Shown here: positions 9,174 to 19,701 of the stretch, piece after piece
Position numbering within the stretch: position 1 is the stretch's first letter
Layout of the letters: each line of letters starts with the position of its first letter
Assembly: GCA_044224875.1 (NCBI GenBank)
Contig: JBGAJQ010000001.1
Span: 64,001 to 128,000 of the forward strand
From: Gemmatimonadaceae bacterium
GTDB lineage: Bacteria > Gemmatimonadota > Gemmatimonadetes > Gemmatimonadales > Gemmatimonadaceae
Length of the DNA: 64,000 nt
Direction: 5' to 3'
Notes under the pieces: generated by a model
Seen by the model: the letters and a program-made list of their open reading frames with translations, nothing else
Database searches by the model: none
What the model was told of the DNA's origin: nothing
Position numbers and translations under genes: made by a program

Positions 9174-11669
9174 CTAGCGCGTGAAGCGAAACCCCACAGT
9201 GGTGGTTCGCCCAGAGGTGATCTGCAGGTTGTCCCGCTCGTTCCGTTGGGTGTTGGAGATGTTGTCCACTCGCGCAAACCACTCGATGTTTCCAGTGAGC
9301 GTCTGGGAGAGCGAGACGTACGGCTTCATGAGCGAAGGGTACTCCACCAGGTATTGGCGGAGTGAGGCGCGCTGGGGAAGGGAACCGACCTCGCCACCAT
9401 AGAACGTGAGCCAATCGTAGCCAGTCCATGGGCCGATGTAGCTCGACCCGACGGTGAGGCGCGTAGGCCCATGCTCCCACGTGAGCGATGCCAAGCCAGA
9501 GGAACGTGGGACCTCTGGCACTCGGTCGCCGACGGCCAGGTCACCGGAATACGTCTGCGATAGGGCCCGCACGCGGCTGTCCGTGAGCGCGAACGATACC
9601 CCGGCGCGGAACTCGCCGGCGCGCGCCGACCCTTCCATCTCCAGACCGGAATTCTCGATGCGACCAACGTTCTGGTACTGAATGGAACGCAACGCGTTTT
9701 GTGTCGCCCGTCCGAGGATCACCTGCTGCACCAACCCATCCGCGTTTTGATGGTACGCCGTCAACGACAAGGAGGCACGGTCACCGAGGTACCATTCAAC
9801 GCCGGTCTCGAAACCGGACTGGGACTCTGGCTCCAGGTTGGGATTCTCAATCTGCTGGAACGTCAGCGAAATCAACGCTCGGCGAGCGTTCGACGGAGGT
9901 GGTCGCAGTCCTTTCCCGTATGCGTATCGCAGCTTGAACGTGGAGCTGCCGATGTCGTGCGTCAGCGACGTTCCGACCATGGGTGACCATGCGGCCCCGA
10001 CTTGCGGACCAAAGCTCGTATTCTGCTCGCGCCGCAGACCTGCGGTAACAAACAGCGTGTGGGCCACGTCGAGTTTCGCGTGCGCGAACAGTCCGCTGTT
10101 GATCACGCGGTCGGAGTACAGCGTGGTAAGGCCGTCCCCCGACTCGAAGATGTTCGACCAGAATCCAAGTCGCTCGCGAAGCAGGTTGGAACGCTCGGCG
10201 CCGAGTGTGACAGATGCCGCGCCGTTTGCCGCTTCGTGGAGTGTGAAGACCGTGCTGTATCGCAACGAGGACTTGCTCACGCGCTCCTCGGTCGCGCCGA
10301 GCAACGCGTCAGCGACCGTCGCCGGTTCTCCTTGCGAGGGAATGGCACCGGCGTGCCGATCCAGCCCGATGATCAGGGACTGTCGCCATCGTGGCAACGG
10401 TTGGTAGTCGAGGAGCGCGCCGTAGGTCTCGGTCTCGATGTTCTGCTGTGCCAGCTGCGGACGAATAGCTGTCGACACATCCAGCGTGCTGATGAGCGGA
10501 TTTTGGGCGGAGGTGAAGCGAATGTCTGCGTAGCGCGCGATGCCCTCGATGCGCAACGGCCCGAGGAGCTGGCGCACGCCGCCAAACGCACTGCGGAATC
10601 CCTCGTGCCCGCCCGGGACAATGGCTCCCGCATCGTCATATGACCCGCCCAGACCTAACGACGTTCGGCTTCCGCCCGACTGCGCGTATCCCGTGTGTCG
10701 CTGCGCCAACTCGCGCCCACTCATGAAACGAGATTCCTGCAGGCCTCCCGACACGGCAATGTCGGCCTGGGGCTTCCATCCGCTTCCCAACCGGCCGTGC
10801 TTCGTGACAACCTGCACCACGCCACTGATTGCATCACTGCCGTACAGCGCAGAGCCCTGCGGCCCGCGGATGACTTCGATGCGTTCCACACTGGCCGGGT
10901 CAATCGCGAAGAGGAGCACGGGGCTCGCCAGCTCCACCCCGTCGACATAGGTCTTGAGGTAGTTCGACGTGAACGAGCTGGAACCGCGCACCGAGCCGAT
11001 TTGCGCGAAGGGTCCGGCGATTCCCAGGTCCCAGGAGACGACACCGGGAATACCAGTGCGGAACAAGGCCTCCATGCTCGTTGCGCCTGCCGAGGCGATC
11101 TGTGTGGCCGACAGCACCGTCACGGCGGTCGGGAGTTCTCGCTCGGGCGCGCCAAGCGCTGGCGTGCCCATCACCAGCACGCGATCCATGACCTGCGGGC
11201 GCACCTGCACGCGCTGCACCAGTGGCGTACCCGACGACGGACTCTCTGGTGAGACGGGCGTGAGGGCGTACGTGGGTGCGCGTACCAGCACGACGTGTCC
11301 GGCCGGTGTGGCAATCACGTCGATGTCCGTGCCTCGCAATGCGTCAGCCAGGACGTCGCCAACCGGTTGTCGGTCGCGTGCGATGGTGACGCGACGGTTC
11401 AACGGAACGACGTCACTACTGTAGGAAAGCCGGAGCCCGCCCGCCTGCGCGATGTGGCGCAACGCAATGTCAAGCGGGACGTCGGCAAGGTGCACTGTCA
11501 CCAGTCGCGACAGCACATTCCCCCGACTATCGGCGCGGACGATCCCGCTATCGGCGCCTAACGTTACCTGACGTGTCTGCGCCCTACCCGCCAGGGGACA
11601 GGCGACCAGAAACGTCAGGAGAATCGCAAGTCCGCGCCGCCGGGTGTGCGCGGCTGACGGCGCGTTCAC
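9174..11669 (-). CDS. TonB-dependent receptor with N-terminal STN signalling domain
   Basis: Start moved to GTG 11669, which overlaps the fecR stop (GTGA). STN segment LADVPLDIALRHIAQAGGLRLSY; plug motif VERIEVIRGPQGSALYGSDAISGVV; NPNLEPE; C-terminal VGFRFTR strand. Confidence 0.9.
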   Translation of the reverse strand: MNAPSAAHTRRRGLAILLTFLVACPLAGRAQTRQVTLGADSGIVRADSRGNVLSRLVTVHLADVPLDIALRHIAQAGGLRLSYSSDVVPLNRRVTIARDRQPVGDVLADALRGTDIDVIATPAGHVVLVRAPTYALTPVSPESPSSGTPLVQRVQVRPQVMDRVLVMGTPALGAPERELPTAVTVLSATQIASAGATSMEALFRTGIPGVVSWDLGIAGPFAQIGSVRGSSSFTSNYLKTYVDGVELASPVLLFAIDPASVERIEVIRGPQGSALYGSDAISGVVQVVTKHGRLGSGWKPQADIAVSGGLQESRFMSGRELAQRHTGYAQSGGSRTSLGLGGSYDDAGAIVPGGHEGFRSAFGGVRQLLGPLRIEGIARYADIRFTSAQNPLISTLDVSTAIRPQLAQQNIETETYGALLDYQPLPRWRQSLIIGLDRHAGAIPSQGEPATVADALLGATEERVSKSSLRYSTVFTLHEAANGAASVTLGAERSNLLRERLGFWSNIFESGDGLTTLYSDRVINSGLFAHAKLDVAHTLFVTAGLRREQNTSFGPQVGAAWSPMVGTSLTHDIGSSTFKLRYAYGKGLRPPPSNARRALISLTFQQIENPNLEPESQSGFETGVEWYLGDRASLSLTAYHQNADGLVQQVILGRATQNALRSIQYQNVGRIENSGLEMEGSARAGEFRAGVSFALTDSRVRALSQTYSGDLAVGDRVPEVPRSSGLASLTWEHGPTRLTVGSSYIGPWTGYDWLTFYGGEVGSLPQRASLRQYLVEYPSLMKPYVSLSQTLTGNIEWFARVDNISNTQRNERDNLQITSGRTTTVGFRFTR

Positions 11670-12742
11670 ACGCCGTCCCGCGCGGCCACGTCCATGGCAC
11701 GCGGCCGGATGGGATCTTGTGACGACGTGCGGGGCGCCGGACGCCCGATATAGACCCGCCCCTGTTGTTCGAAGCGAATCTCCAAGGTGAGGCCGATGAC
11801 GCGAAGCACCTCTTCGATCGGCTCGCTGCGAAACGATGCCGTCAGGTGGCGCGCGGCCAACGTCGAATCGGCAAAGCGCAGATCGACATCGTACCAACGG
11901 CTCAACTCCACGGCGACCGCTGACATCGGAACATCGTCGAAGATCAACTCGCCATCGCGCCAGGCGAGCAGCCGGTCCACCGCGACGCCCGACGTGACCT
12001 CCGTCTTGCCGTCGGCGCCAACGCGAGCGACATCCTGCTTGGCGAGCAAGACCGCCACGGCCTGCGGCGCGGACTGGTGGATCACGGAGACGGCACCCTC
12101 GCGCACCGCGACGCGCACGCCCCGTTCGCCCGGGTACGCGCGCATGGAGAATTCCGTACCCACGTCTTCCGCGAGCACTCCGCCAGCTTCTACCCGGAAG
12201 GGGTGCTCCGCATCGTGACGGACGGAAAAGATGGCCTCACCCTCGAGTTGCACCTGACGAACACCATCCGGAGTTGGGGCCATCCGCAGGGCGCTACGAG
12301 CTCCCAGGATGGCCTGAGAGCCGTCGGGCAACTGGAGCGTGCGTCGCTCGCCAACACCCGTCCGCACATCGAGCGACGCAACGCCGGCTGTTGCGGGAGC
12401 CTCGCGCGTCCCCACTATCCGCGTGACACCATACAGGCCTACCGCCAGCACCAGCGCTGCCGCGATCGGGAGTGCCGTCCACTGCCACGCTCGTCGACGA
12501 ACCGGTATGACCTCGTGTCGGCTCGCCTCTTCAGCGATCCGCGATGACAGTTGGCTCCAGGCACGATCGACGTCGAAGGACGACGTTGATCCCGACAGCC
12601 TCCATCGCCGAGCGACCGAGTCCAGCAATCGGCGACGCACTGTGTCATCTACCGCGGAACGATCGACCTCGGCGACTTCTGCCGCGGTTGATTCGTGTGC
12701 GACGTAACGAGCTAACCGCTCCCAATCGATGTGCTCGCTCAT
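11666..12742 (-). CDS. fecR: FecR-family transmembrane anti-sigma/sensor
   Basis: TM helix followed by TGVGERRTLQLPDGS, LEGEAIFSVRHD, DVGTEF and AWRDGELIF...LSRWYD. Confidence 0.9.
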   Translation of the reverse strand: MSEHIDWERLARYVAHESTAAEVAEVDRSAVDDTVRRRLLDSVARRWRLSGSTSSFDVDRAWSQLSSRIAEEASRHEVIPVRRRAWQWTALPIAAALVLAVGLYGVTRIVGTREAPATAGVASLDVRTGVGERRTLQLPDGSQAILGARSALRMAPTPDGVRQVQLEGEAIFSVRHDAEHPFRVEAGGVLAEDVGTEFSMRAYPGERGVRVAVREGAVSVIHQSAPQAVAVLLAKQDVARVGADGKTEVTSGVAVDRLLAWRDGELIFDDVPMSAVAVELSRWYDVDLRFADSTLAARHLTASFRSEPIEEVLRVIGLTLEIRFEQQGRVYIGRPAPRTSSQDPIRPRAMDVAARDGV

Positions 12743-12795
12743 CTACATATCCCTGTGTGCTGCATGATGTTACCGACATCCTGACATTCGCCCAC

Positions 12796-12829
12796 GTATT
12801 CGACACGCATGGGTCTCCTCCCCCCTTAC
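12796..12829 (-). promoter_or_regulatory. Putative ECF promoter of the fecR-TonB operon (GTAAGGG-N17-TGTCgaATAC)
   Basis: Matches a second copy upstream of the lipoprotein at 13610-13642; two-block spacing fits an ECF -35/-10 promoter. Confidence 0.5.
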
Positions 12830-13026
12830 TGCGGCGAAACGCGGCTGATAGAGTGCACACATGCGCCGAGTTGACGAGGTCGGGAACGTCTCATTTCGCG
12901 GGCGGTACGACGGCAGATGTCACCTCGCACCCAACGGTCCTGACGATGGCTGCCGCCGACCTCGTTCGTACGATAACGGCAGAGCGATCCAGGCTCACAA
13001 CACCGTTCGGCTCACCGTCGCCTGAC

Positions 13027-13590
13027 ATGAACGATCTCGCGGCCGAACCGTCGGATGCCGCACTCGTCCAGCGCATTCGCGCGGGTGATGAACGAGCACT
13101 GGAGATCGTATTTCGCGCGCACTATGGCAGTCTGGCGGGTTTTGTGCAGCGGTATGTGCAGGCCCCGGATGTGGCTGAGGAACTAGTCCAGGACATTTTC
13201 CTGAAGTTGTGGAGTCGTCGGGAGCAGCTGACGGAAATCGAGTCGCTCCGCACCTACCTGTTCCGCGCCGTGCGCAATCAAGCGTTGAACTGGTTGCGCC
13301 GACGCAAGCTGGAGCGGCGCTGGGAGGAGGAGCATAGCGAGGAGTCCGAGCCCGTCACGTCGATTGCAGCTGACGATGACGCATCAGAGCAGGAAATTAC
13401 GCAGGCCGTGCGTTACGCCGTCGACCGGCTGCCACCGCGCTGCCGAGAGATCTTTCTCCTCAGCCGGGATGGTGGACTCACGTACAACGAAATTGCCAAG
13501 GCCCTGGATATCTCGGTGAAGACGGTGGAAACGCAGATGGGCCGAGCCCTTAAGGCCCTTCGGGTGTCCCTGGCATCCTGGCGCCAATAG
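13027..13590 (+). CDS. ECF sigma factor of FecI/Bacteroidetes-ECF type, divergent from fecR
   Basis: AEELVQDIFLKLW...YLFRAVRN; LPPRCREIFLLSRDGGLTYNEIAKALDISVKTVETQMGRAL. An alternative start exists at 12946. Confidence 0.9.
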   Translation: MNDLAAEPSDAALVQRIRAGDERALEIVFRAHYGSLAGFVQRYVQAPDVAEELVQDIFLKLWSRREQLTEIESLRTYLFRAVRNQALNWLRRRKLERRWEEEHSEESEPVTSIAADDDASEQEITQAVRYAVDRLPPRCREIFLLSRDGGLTYNEIAKALDISVKTVETQMGRALKALRVSLASWRQ

Positions 13591-13609
13591 GTCGCGCCGA
13601 AGCGGCCGG

Positions 13610-13642
13610 GTCAGGGTGGCGCGGGGGCGAATTGTCACATAC
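13610..13642 (+). promoter_or_regulatory. Putative ECF promoter (GTCAGGG-N16-TGTCacATAC)
   Basis: Shares GTmAGGG, TGTC and ATAC blocks with 12796-12829. Confidence 0.5.
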
Positions 13643-13740
13643 ATACACGGCGTCGAGCTGGCTCCGCGAGGGTCCGGGAACAGGGGGCGCGCCGCCAGGA
13701 AACCGTTCCAGCCCATGACACGATCCGAAGTAGGCAGGAC

Positions 13741-14514
13741 ATGCGTCGACTGAAGTTGCTGGCACTCGCGGTGTGCTGCGCGTTAGGTGCAACGGCGTGC
13801 GTGGACGCACCGAGTTCGCCGGCAGCGGCGTCCGATGAAAACGTCCTTGCCGCCAGTCTGGATGCCCTATCGCGTGAGGCAGCGCAGGCGGGAGACTCGG
13901 AACGAAGTCAGGAGTTCTTGTGGGCCGCGATCGCGGTTCGAGGCGGCGTGACGCCCTCCAAACTCCAGATCAAGAGCGCTGGAGTGCTGCAGGCCTACGA
14001 GGCGTTGGTGAACGCAGTGGGTTGGGCCTCGCCCATTCCGCCGCAGCGCGTGCCAACGCACCGGACGTTGTTGGCATGGCGGCGCGCCGGGTCATCGCTC
14101 CAGACGTTGATGATCAGCTCCACCGCTGACGTGCTTCCCGTGCAAAATCCCCTGAGCGCATCGCCCACCACCTCCCTAGCGGCTCCGTTTGCCGGCGCCC
14201 ACGTCTTGTATGCGGTGCGGGGCGATATTGGGGCGGGTACCTGGGTGGGCGTCTCAGGCACCGTGAAGATCGCGGAAAATGCGTCGACGACCGTGTGTGT
14301 ACCGGTAACTGGCAACAAGCAGTCACCGAATGGCATTGGGTGCCAGCAGGTGACCTATACCGTGGGGTTTGAGGTGGCGACGTATCCCGCCATTGGCAAC
14401 TCCGGCCTGCCGGCCACGGATCGCCCGGGGTTGCATCTGGGTGCCAACGATCAGGTGACGAACGGGGCCAAGCTCGTCCTCTCCTGCGCCGCCCCGTCCG
14501 CGAACGGTTGCTGA
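13741..14514 (+). CDS. Hypothetical lipoprotein
   Basis: Basic N-terminus, hydrophobic core and lipobox GATAC; AGGA just upstream; four Cys in the mature part after the lipidated Cys. Confidence 0.75.
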   Translation: MRRLKLLALAVCCALGATACVDAPSSPAAASDENVLAASLDALSREAAQAGDSERSQEFLWAAIAVRGGVTPSKLQIKSAGVLQAYEALVNAVGWASPIPPQRVPTHRTLLAWRRAGSSLQTLMISSTADVLPVQNPLSASPTTSLAAPFAGAHVLYAVRGDIGAGTWVGVSGTVKIAENASTTVCVPVTGNKQSPNGIGCQQVTYTVGFEVATYPAIGNSGLPATDRPGLHLGANDQVTNGAKLVLSCAAPSANGC

Positions 14515-14605
14515 CTCCGTTCGAGCGAGCCGCTCGAGGCTCGGATCCAAAATGAAAAAGGCATGCACCCGGGTCACATCCAGCGTATCGTGCACCGGCG
14601 TCGAA

Positions 14606-14636
14606 CGGCCCGGCCGACGGTGCGTCGGCCGGGCCG
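14606..14636. terminator. Perfect 14-bp hairpin between convergent genes
   Basis: CGGCCCGGCCGACG-gtg-CGTCGGCCGGGCCG with no U-tract; a second 7-bp hairpin lies at 14521-14537. Confidence 0.6.
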
Positions 14637-14652
14637 CGGTGTTCGAGTCTCC

Positions 14653-17238
14653 CTAACGCTCAGGGTCGAGTGCGCGCTTGATCTGCGCCCGCGCGTCCTG
14701 CAGGTGCGCACGTGTATCCCGGTCGCCGGCACGAGGGAGCGCGCGCGCGAGATCGGCATCCAGCTGTGAGAGTTCGGCACGGAACATCGACCGAATGTCA
14801 CTGGTGGCCCTGGCCGGTGCGAAGTTCGCCGCGAACGCAGGCGGAAGGCCCGCAGGCAGGGCGGGCGCCGAGGGATTGACCTTGGCCGCTGCCTGCACGA
14901 GATACGCACGTTGAAGCTCACGGCGTACCGCGTCGATCTTCACGGCACCGTTCCCGAGTTCGTGCCAGATACCATTCCGGACGTCGCTCAACAACTCGCC
15001 TAACGTATATGCGTCACCCTTCTGGCCGTCGACGGCGCCGAACTCGGTCACTCGTTCGAGTCGTCGGTCGTTGAACAGCGCGGACAGGATGCCCGCCTGC
15101 TGCTGATTGATCCGGCGAATGGCGCCCTCGACCTCGATGCGCCTCAGAATCGCGGGATCCAGGAAGAAGCTCGGGGTCGCGAAGGCGTTCTCGTTGAGGA
15201 ATGCGACAGCTTGCTTCTGCCGGGCGCGCGGCCACGGGGTGTACCTCGCACCATCCTGCCCGGCGTACTTCTCCTGGGCTTGGGCACCTCCAACAATGAT
15301 GGTCACATGCCGAAGTTCGTTGGCCCACTGGCCGATCAGGCGGCCATACATCTCGTTCAGGTCTTCGTAGTCCTGCCCGTCATGCACGGTTGCCGGGACC
15401 AGCAGCGGCACGATTTGACGGATGCTCTTCATCCCCCATCCCGTCGCCTTCACCGGATCGGCATCGCCGACGGCTTCGGTCTGGTCGCCGGGGTCGGAAC
15501 CGCGAGAGTCCGACATGTTGAACCTGAACCACGGCGTCGCGTCCTGCTCGCGCGACCAGCGATCCAGCGTGTTCCACTCCTCGTCAGGCGTCCGGGCACC
15601 CGCGATGGGCGCGTAGCCCCAGTGGATGATGTACCGATCGTAGACGCCGACGTCGGGGATCAGGTCCTCGAGGTCGATCTGGTCTTCAGGCTGCGCCGTA
15701 TAGTTGAAGCGTGAGTAGTCCATGATGGATGGCGAGTGCCCCATCTTCTTGACCCAGGTGCGAGAGCGCACGGAGTCAACCGGATAGGTGCTGCTCCCCT
15801 TCTGGTCATGCTGCAGGCCGATGGTGTGCCCGACTTCGTGCGCCACCACGAATTCCACGAGGCGCCCCATCAGGGAGTCCGGGAACGGCCACATGCGCGC
15901 GCGGGGATCCAGGTGCCCCACCTGGGTGAAGTACCAGCTGCGCTGCAGGTTCATGATGTTGTGGTACATGTAAATGTCGGACTCGAGAATCTCCCCCGAG
16001 CGAGGATCGTGCACGTTCGGGCCCGTCGCGTTTTCGATGGTTGACGGGAACCATCGGATCACCGAATACCGCGCATCCTCTGGCGCCCAGTCGGGATCTT
16101 CCTGGGGGCTCGGGGCATCCTTCGCAACGATTCCGCGTCGAAATCCGGCCGCCTCGAACGCCGGTTGCCAATCCTCGATGCCCTTCTTCACCCACGGAAC
16201 CAGCCACTTGGGCGTTGCCGGATCCACGTAATACTCGATCGGCTTGACCGGTTCGGAAATCGCAGCTGACGGGTCCTTCTTCTCCAGCCGCCAACGAATG
16301 ATGTAGTTGCGTTCCTGCGCCCGTTGTTCCGGGCGGCCATAGTCGAGGGTGTTGATGCCAAAGAAGCCAGTGCGCTTGTCAGCGAGGCGCGCCATCATCG
16401 GGTGGTCCGGCAGCTTCACCATGCTCCAATGCACCCCAACGGTCGACGTAGACGTGCTGGCTGGTGCAAACGGGTTGACCGGTGCGGCAACCCCCGCCCC
16501 GGCTGGCGGTGCGGGGATGGTGAGCGTGGCCTCGACTTCCACGTTTTGCGGGAAGGAAAGCACGCGGTCAATGAAGCTCCGTGTGGGGTCCGGCGTGCCA
16601 CGGAACTGCGGGCCGGGTCCAATTTCGGTGGGTGGCGCGGTGTACAAACGCGTCACATCGATCACCGCCGCACTGTCTGGCCCATACGCCTCGACGTTGA
16701 AGCCGGCGAGGATGGCGTCCGTGTTCGAGTTCCGGACGGCTTGATAGATCGGCTGCGTGGAATCGGCCACGGTCTCGAACGAGATGTTTCGGAAGTAGAC
16801 GCGGTTCTCGCGCCGCTCCCAGCGCACCACGCGAGTGGGGCCCACTTGCTGTCCGCCATAGCCCGCGTTGACCGGCACGCGGGACGCTCTCGTCACGAGC
16901 AACAAGTCCCGGTTCAGCGCCGTACGAGGGATCTCGAAGTACACACGGCTTCCAAGCCGGTGTGTCTTGAACAGTCCATCGCGCGACTTGGCCAGCGAGG
17001 TGATGACGCGGGCATATGGCCGCGGCTGCGGGTCCGGTGACGGCGCACCGCCCGCTTGCGCCCTCGCACTGTCCGGGGCTTGGCCAGGAACGCCGCCTTC
17101 AGGTGCGCCAGCAGGGCGAGCATTCGCCGCGGGAGCCGGCGCAGGCACGGGAGCCGGAGCTGGTTTGGGTGCGCCAGTACAAGACATGGCGGCCAGTGCC
17201 ACCGCTCCCAGTGCCGGAACGCGACGGAACGATTTCAT
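14653..17238 (-). CDS. Zinc-dependent metalloprotease lipoprotein (DUF5118/DUF5117 + EcxA-like metzincin)
   Basis: Start moved to ATG 17238 (or 17244); lipobox AAMSC; HEVGHTIGLQH (HExxHxxGxxH); Met-turn SIMDY; DPRSGEILESD. Confidence 0.9.
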   Translation of the reverse strand: MKSFRRVPALGAVALAAMSCTGAPKPAPAPVPAPAPAANARPAGAPEGGVPGQAPDSARAQAGGAPSPDPQPRPYARVITSLAKSRDGLFKTHRLGSRVYFEIPRTALNRDLLLVTRASRVPVNAGYGGQQVGPTRVVRWERRENRVYFRNISFETVADSTQPIYQAVRNSNTDAILAGFNVEAYGPDSAAVIDVTRLYTAPPTEIGPGPQFRGTPDPTRSFIDRVLSFPQNVEVEATLTIPAPPAGAGVAAPVNPFAPASTSTSTVGVHWSMVKLPDHPMMARLADKRTGFFGINTLDYGRPEQRAQERNYIIRWRLEKKDPSAAISEPVKPIEYYVDPATPKWLVPWVKKGIEDWQPAFEAAGFRRGIVAKDAPSPQEDPDWAPEDARYSVIRWFPSTIENATGPNVHDPRSGEILESDIYMYHNIMNLQRSWYFTQVGHLDPRARMWPFPDSLMGRLVEFVVAHEVGHTIGLQHDQKGSSTYPVDSVRSRTWVKKMGHSPSIMDYSRFNYTAQPEDQIDLEDLIPDVGVYDRYIIHWGYAPIAGARTPDEEWNTLDRWSREQDATPWFRFNMSDSRGSDPGDQTEAVGDADPVKATGWGMKSIRQIVPLLVPATVHDGQDYEDLNEMYGRLIGQWANELRHVTIIVGGAQAQEKYAGQDGARYTPWPRARQKQAVAFLNENAFATPSFFLDPAILRRIEVEGAIRRINQQQAGILSALFNDRRLERVTEFGAVDGQKGDAYTLGELLSDVRNGIWHELGNGAVKIDAVRRELQRAYLVQAAAKVNPSAPALPAGLPPAFAANFAPARATSDIRSMFRAELSQLDADLARALPRAGDRDTRAHLQDARAQIKRALDPER

Positions 17239-17355
17239 GTGCATCTCGTGAGCAGGAAGGAACGCGCGATCCCGACTGGATGCGCGACGCGTAAGCCTAA
17301 CTCCTGACGAACGCAACGCTAGGCGGCGGCGTTGCATTCGCCGCGCTGCCGGCTG

Positions 17356-19632
17356 CTAGATCCTGGCCAGGTACGTCAACTTCAGGCGAAGGCCGCGCGA
17401 CCGCAGGTCCCACGCCGAGCGCTCGCCACCCCGTTCCTCGTTCAGCACGACGAAGAAGTCGCTGCCCGGCCGATAGATGAAGTTCAAGCGGGCGTTCACC
17501 GACACGTCACGGGTCAACGAGTTGTATTGGAGCAATGAGTTGAGGGACAAGCGCGTGGTAAAGGCGTAGGCGGCCCGTACGGAGATCAGGTGAACGTCAA
17601 AGTCGCCGTTAGGCAGATTGGCGCGACTGAAGGCATACCCACCCTTGAGTCCGAGATGGATGCTCGGGGCCGCCGACAGGTTGCCCGAGACGTGCGTGAC
17701 GTGCCCCCCGAACTCCTGCAGGTATTCCGCGTTGACGTCCACCGACAGGAGGCGGGAAGTGGCGCTCTGTGCAAAGACCGACATGCTGCGATAGGAGTAG
17801 TCGCCGACGTCGACCCGAACGGTATCCGCCAGGTCAAACGACTCGGTCAGGCGGTTCCGACCAACCGTGTAGAAGATGCCCAGTCCGTCTTCCGTGTTGA
17901 AGATCGGCCGGAAGCCGAAGCTCATGGTGTAGTCCTGCCGACGCCATCCCGTGTCGGCGAACACATCGTTCCACATCAGGAGGTTGATGCGGCGCAGGTT
18001 GAGCTGCTGCGGGCGTAACGTGTAGCGAAGGTTCGCCTGGGTACGGCGGATGTTGGTGCGTGTCACGAACCCCGCGTCGGCCGTGGCGTCGGGTCCCACG
18101 TACAAGTGCTGGGATGTGATGCCGAACCGGCTCGTTTGATAGTCCGCGGCCACGCGATAGGCTGCACCATCGCCACCGGGCCCCTTGGTGCTCGTGCCGG
18201 CCACGAAGCCCTGGACGTTGAAGGCGGATGCCGGCCAGAAGGACCAATCCAATCCCCCCGCGGTGTTCCAGGTGCTGTCGGAGCGACGATCGACGACCAT
18301 CGCTCCCACGTAGTTCGCTCCGCCAATATCGCGTTTGAGGCGCGCGACGTTGAACGCCGTGCGTGGTTCCCCATACTTGTCCCGCGTCATCACCGACAGG
18401 AAGCCTAACGTCTGCTGTCCCACGCGACCCGTGAGGCGCCCTCCACCCAGGACGGGAATGGCGCCGGAATCGGAAATGCCGACCTGACGCGAAAAGAACA
18501 GTTGAAAGGGCGGCGGCTCGAAGTTGCCCCGCGCGCCAAACTCGAAGACCCCGGAATTCTCGAGAAAAAACTCACGCTTCTCCGGGAAGAACAGGTCAAA
18601 CCTCGTCAGGTTCACCTGCTGGTCATCCGCTTCGACCTGGGCAAAGTCCGTGTTGTACGTCAGGTCAAGCACGAGTCCTGGTCGCACTTCCGACTTGAAG
18701 TCCACCCCCAGGCCACCGGTCGTGGAGCGCGACATCGCGGCATCCAGGGGACGTGACTCATCTCCGCCGCCCAGCACATACGGCCGCACGTCCGCATTCA
18801 AGCCGGGGCTCGGCAGGTCCGCCAGCTCCGTCAGGTGCCCCGCACGGCTGACACGGGCAAACCCTTCATTGGAGCGTGAGAAGGAACGCCACAACGTCTC
18901 CTCGTTCTTGCGGCGGATAATGCGATAGGCATTGAAGCCCCACGTCGCGGGACTGGATGGATACCGAAGCGTCCGAAAGGGTATGGCGAACTCCGCGGAC
19001 CACCCATCAGCCGTCCGTTTCGACGACACACTCCAGATGCCACGCCAATCCACGTTGAATTCACGCCCTTCGTCGGTGAGCAGGGCATCGAATTCGGCGC
19101 CGTTCGGATTGGTCGCGAAGACGAATGCGTTTCGGTGATCGTGAAAGGGATCGAAGAGAATGGCGATCGCGTCGTCGCCAGCGAATTTCGGCTTTCCATC
19201 AAAATCCGCGATCATGACCTTGTCGCGTGCCAGGATGCGCGCGATGACGCTGCGCGGAGTACGATCGCGGGCCGTCACACCGACGTACATCGTACCGGCG
19301 TCATATACAATTCGGATTTCCGTCTCCTCCGTGGCGGGAGCACCTTCCGTCGGCTCCTTCTGGCGAAAACCGGAAATCGGCGACGCTTCACGCCAGACGG
19401 CTTCCGAAAGCAAGCCATCCACGCGCATCGCGCTGGCTTCAGCGCTCGAGAGCCGGCGAGCCGGTAACGTGTCGGCTGAGACGACCGGCGGACTCACCGA
19501 CTGCGCGCCCACTTCGCTGCTTCCGCCGGTCAGCAGGGCCGCTGTGACCGCGAATGCCAGGTGCCAAACGCAGCTTTCATTGCGTCTCCCGACACGGTGC
19601 TGGGGCAGGAAGACGCGTTCGGTCGACGGCAT
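17356..19632 (-). CDS. CBM9-like plus DUF5916 outer-membrane protein
   Basis: VDGLLSEAVW, DPFHDHRNAFVFATNPNG and WSAEFAIPFRTLRY (CBM9-like); NTDFAQVEADDQQVNLTRFDLFFPEKREFFLE (DUF5916); C-terminal LKLTYL strand. Exact start uncertain. Confidence 0.85.
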   Translation of the reverse strand: MPSTERVFLPQHRVGRRNESCVWHLAFAVTAALLTGGSSEVGAQSVSPPVVSADTLPARRLSSAEASAMRVDGLLSEAVWREASPISGFRQKEPTEGAPATEETEIRIVYDAGTMYVGVTARDRTPRSVIARILARDKVMIADFDGKPKFAGDDAIAILFDPFHDHRNAFVFATNPNGAEFDALLTDEGREFNVDWRGIWSVSSKRTADGWSAEFAIPFRTLRYPSSPATWGFNAYRIIRRKNEETLWRSFSRSNEGFARVSRAGHLTELADLPSPGLNADVRPYVLGGGDESRPLDAAMSRSTTGGLGVDFKSEVRPGLVLDLTYNTDFAQVEADDQQVNLTRFDLFFPEKREFFLENSGVFEFGARGNFEPPPFQLFFSRQVGISDSGAIPVLGGGRLTGRVGQQTLGFLSVMTRDKYGEPRTAFNVARLKRDIGGANYVGAMVVDRRSDSTWNTAGGLDWSFWPASAFNVQGFVAGTSTKGPGGDGAAYRVAADYQTSRFGITSQHLYVGPDATADAGFVTRTNIRRTQANLRYTLRPQQLNLRRINLLMWNDVFADTGWRRQDYTMSFGFRPIFNTEDGLGIFYTVGRNRLTESFDLADTVRVDVGDYSYRSMSVFAQSATSRLLSVDVNAEYLQEFGGHVTHVSGNLSAAPSIHLGLKGGYAFSRANLPNGDFDVHLISVRAAYAFTTRLSLNSLLQYNSLTRDVSVNARLNFIYRPGSDFFVVLNEERGGERSAWDLRSRGLRLKLTYLARI

Positions 19633-19701
19633 GCGAAGCAGGGTTTGAGCAAGAGCACGAACCGCGGCCGGGAGCGTGCGCGCGGTAATCTACCGACGCG
19701 C

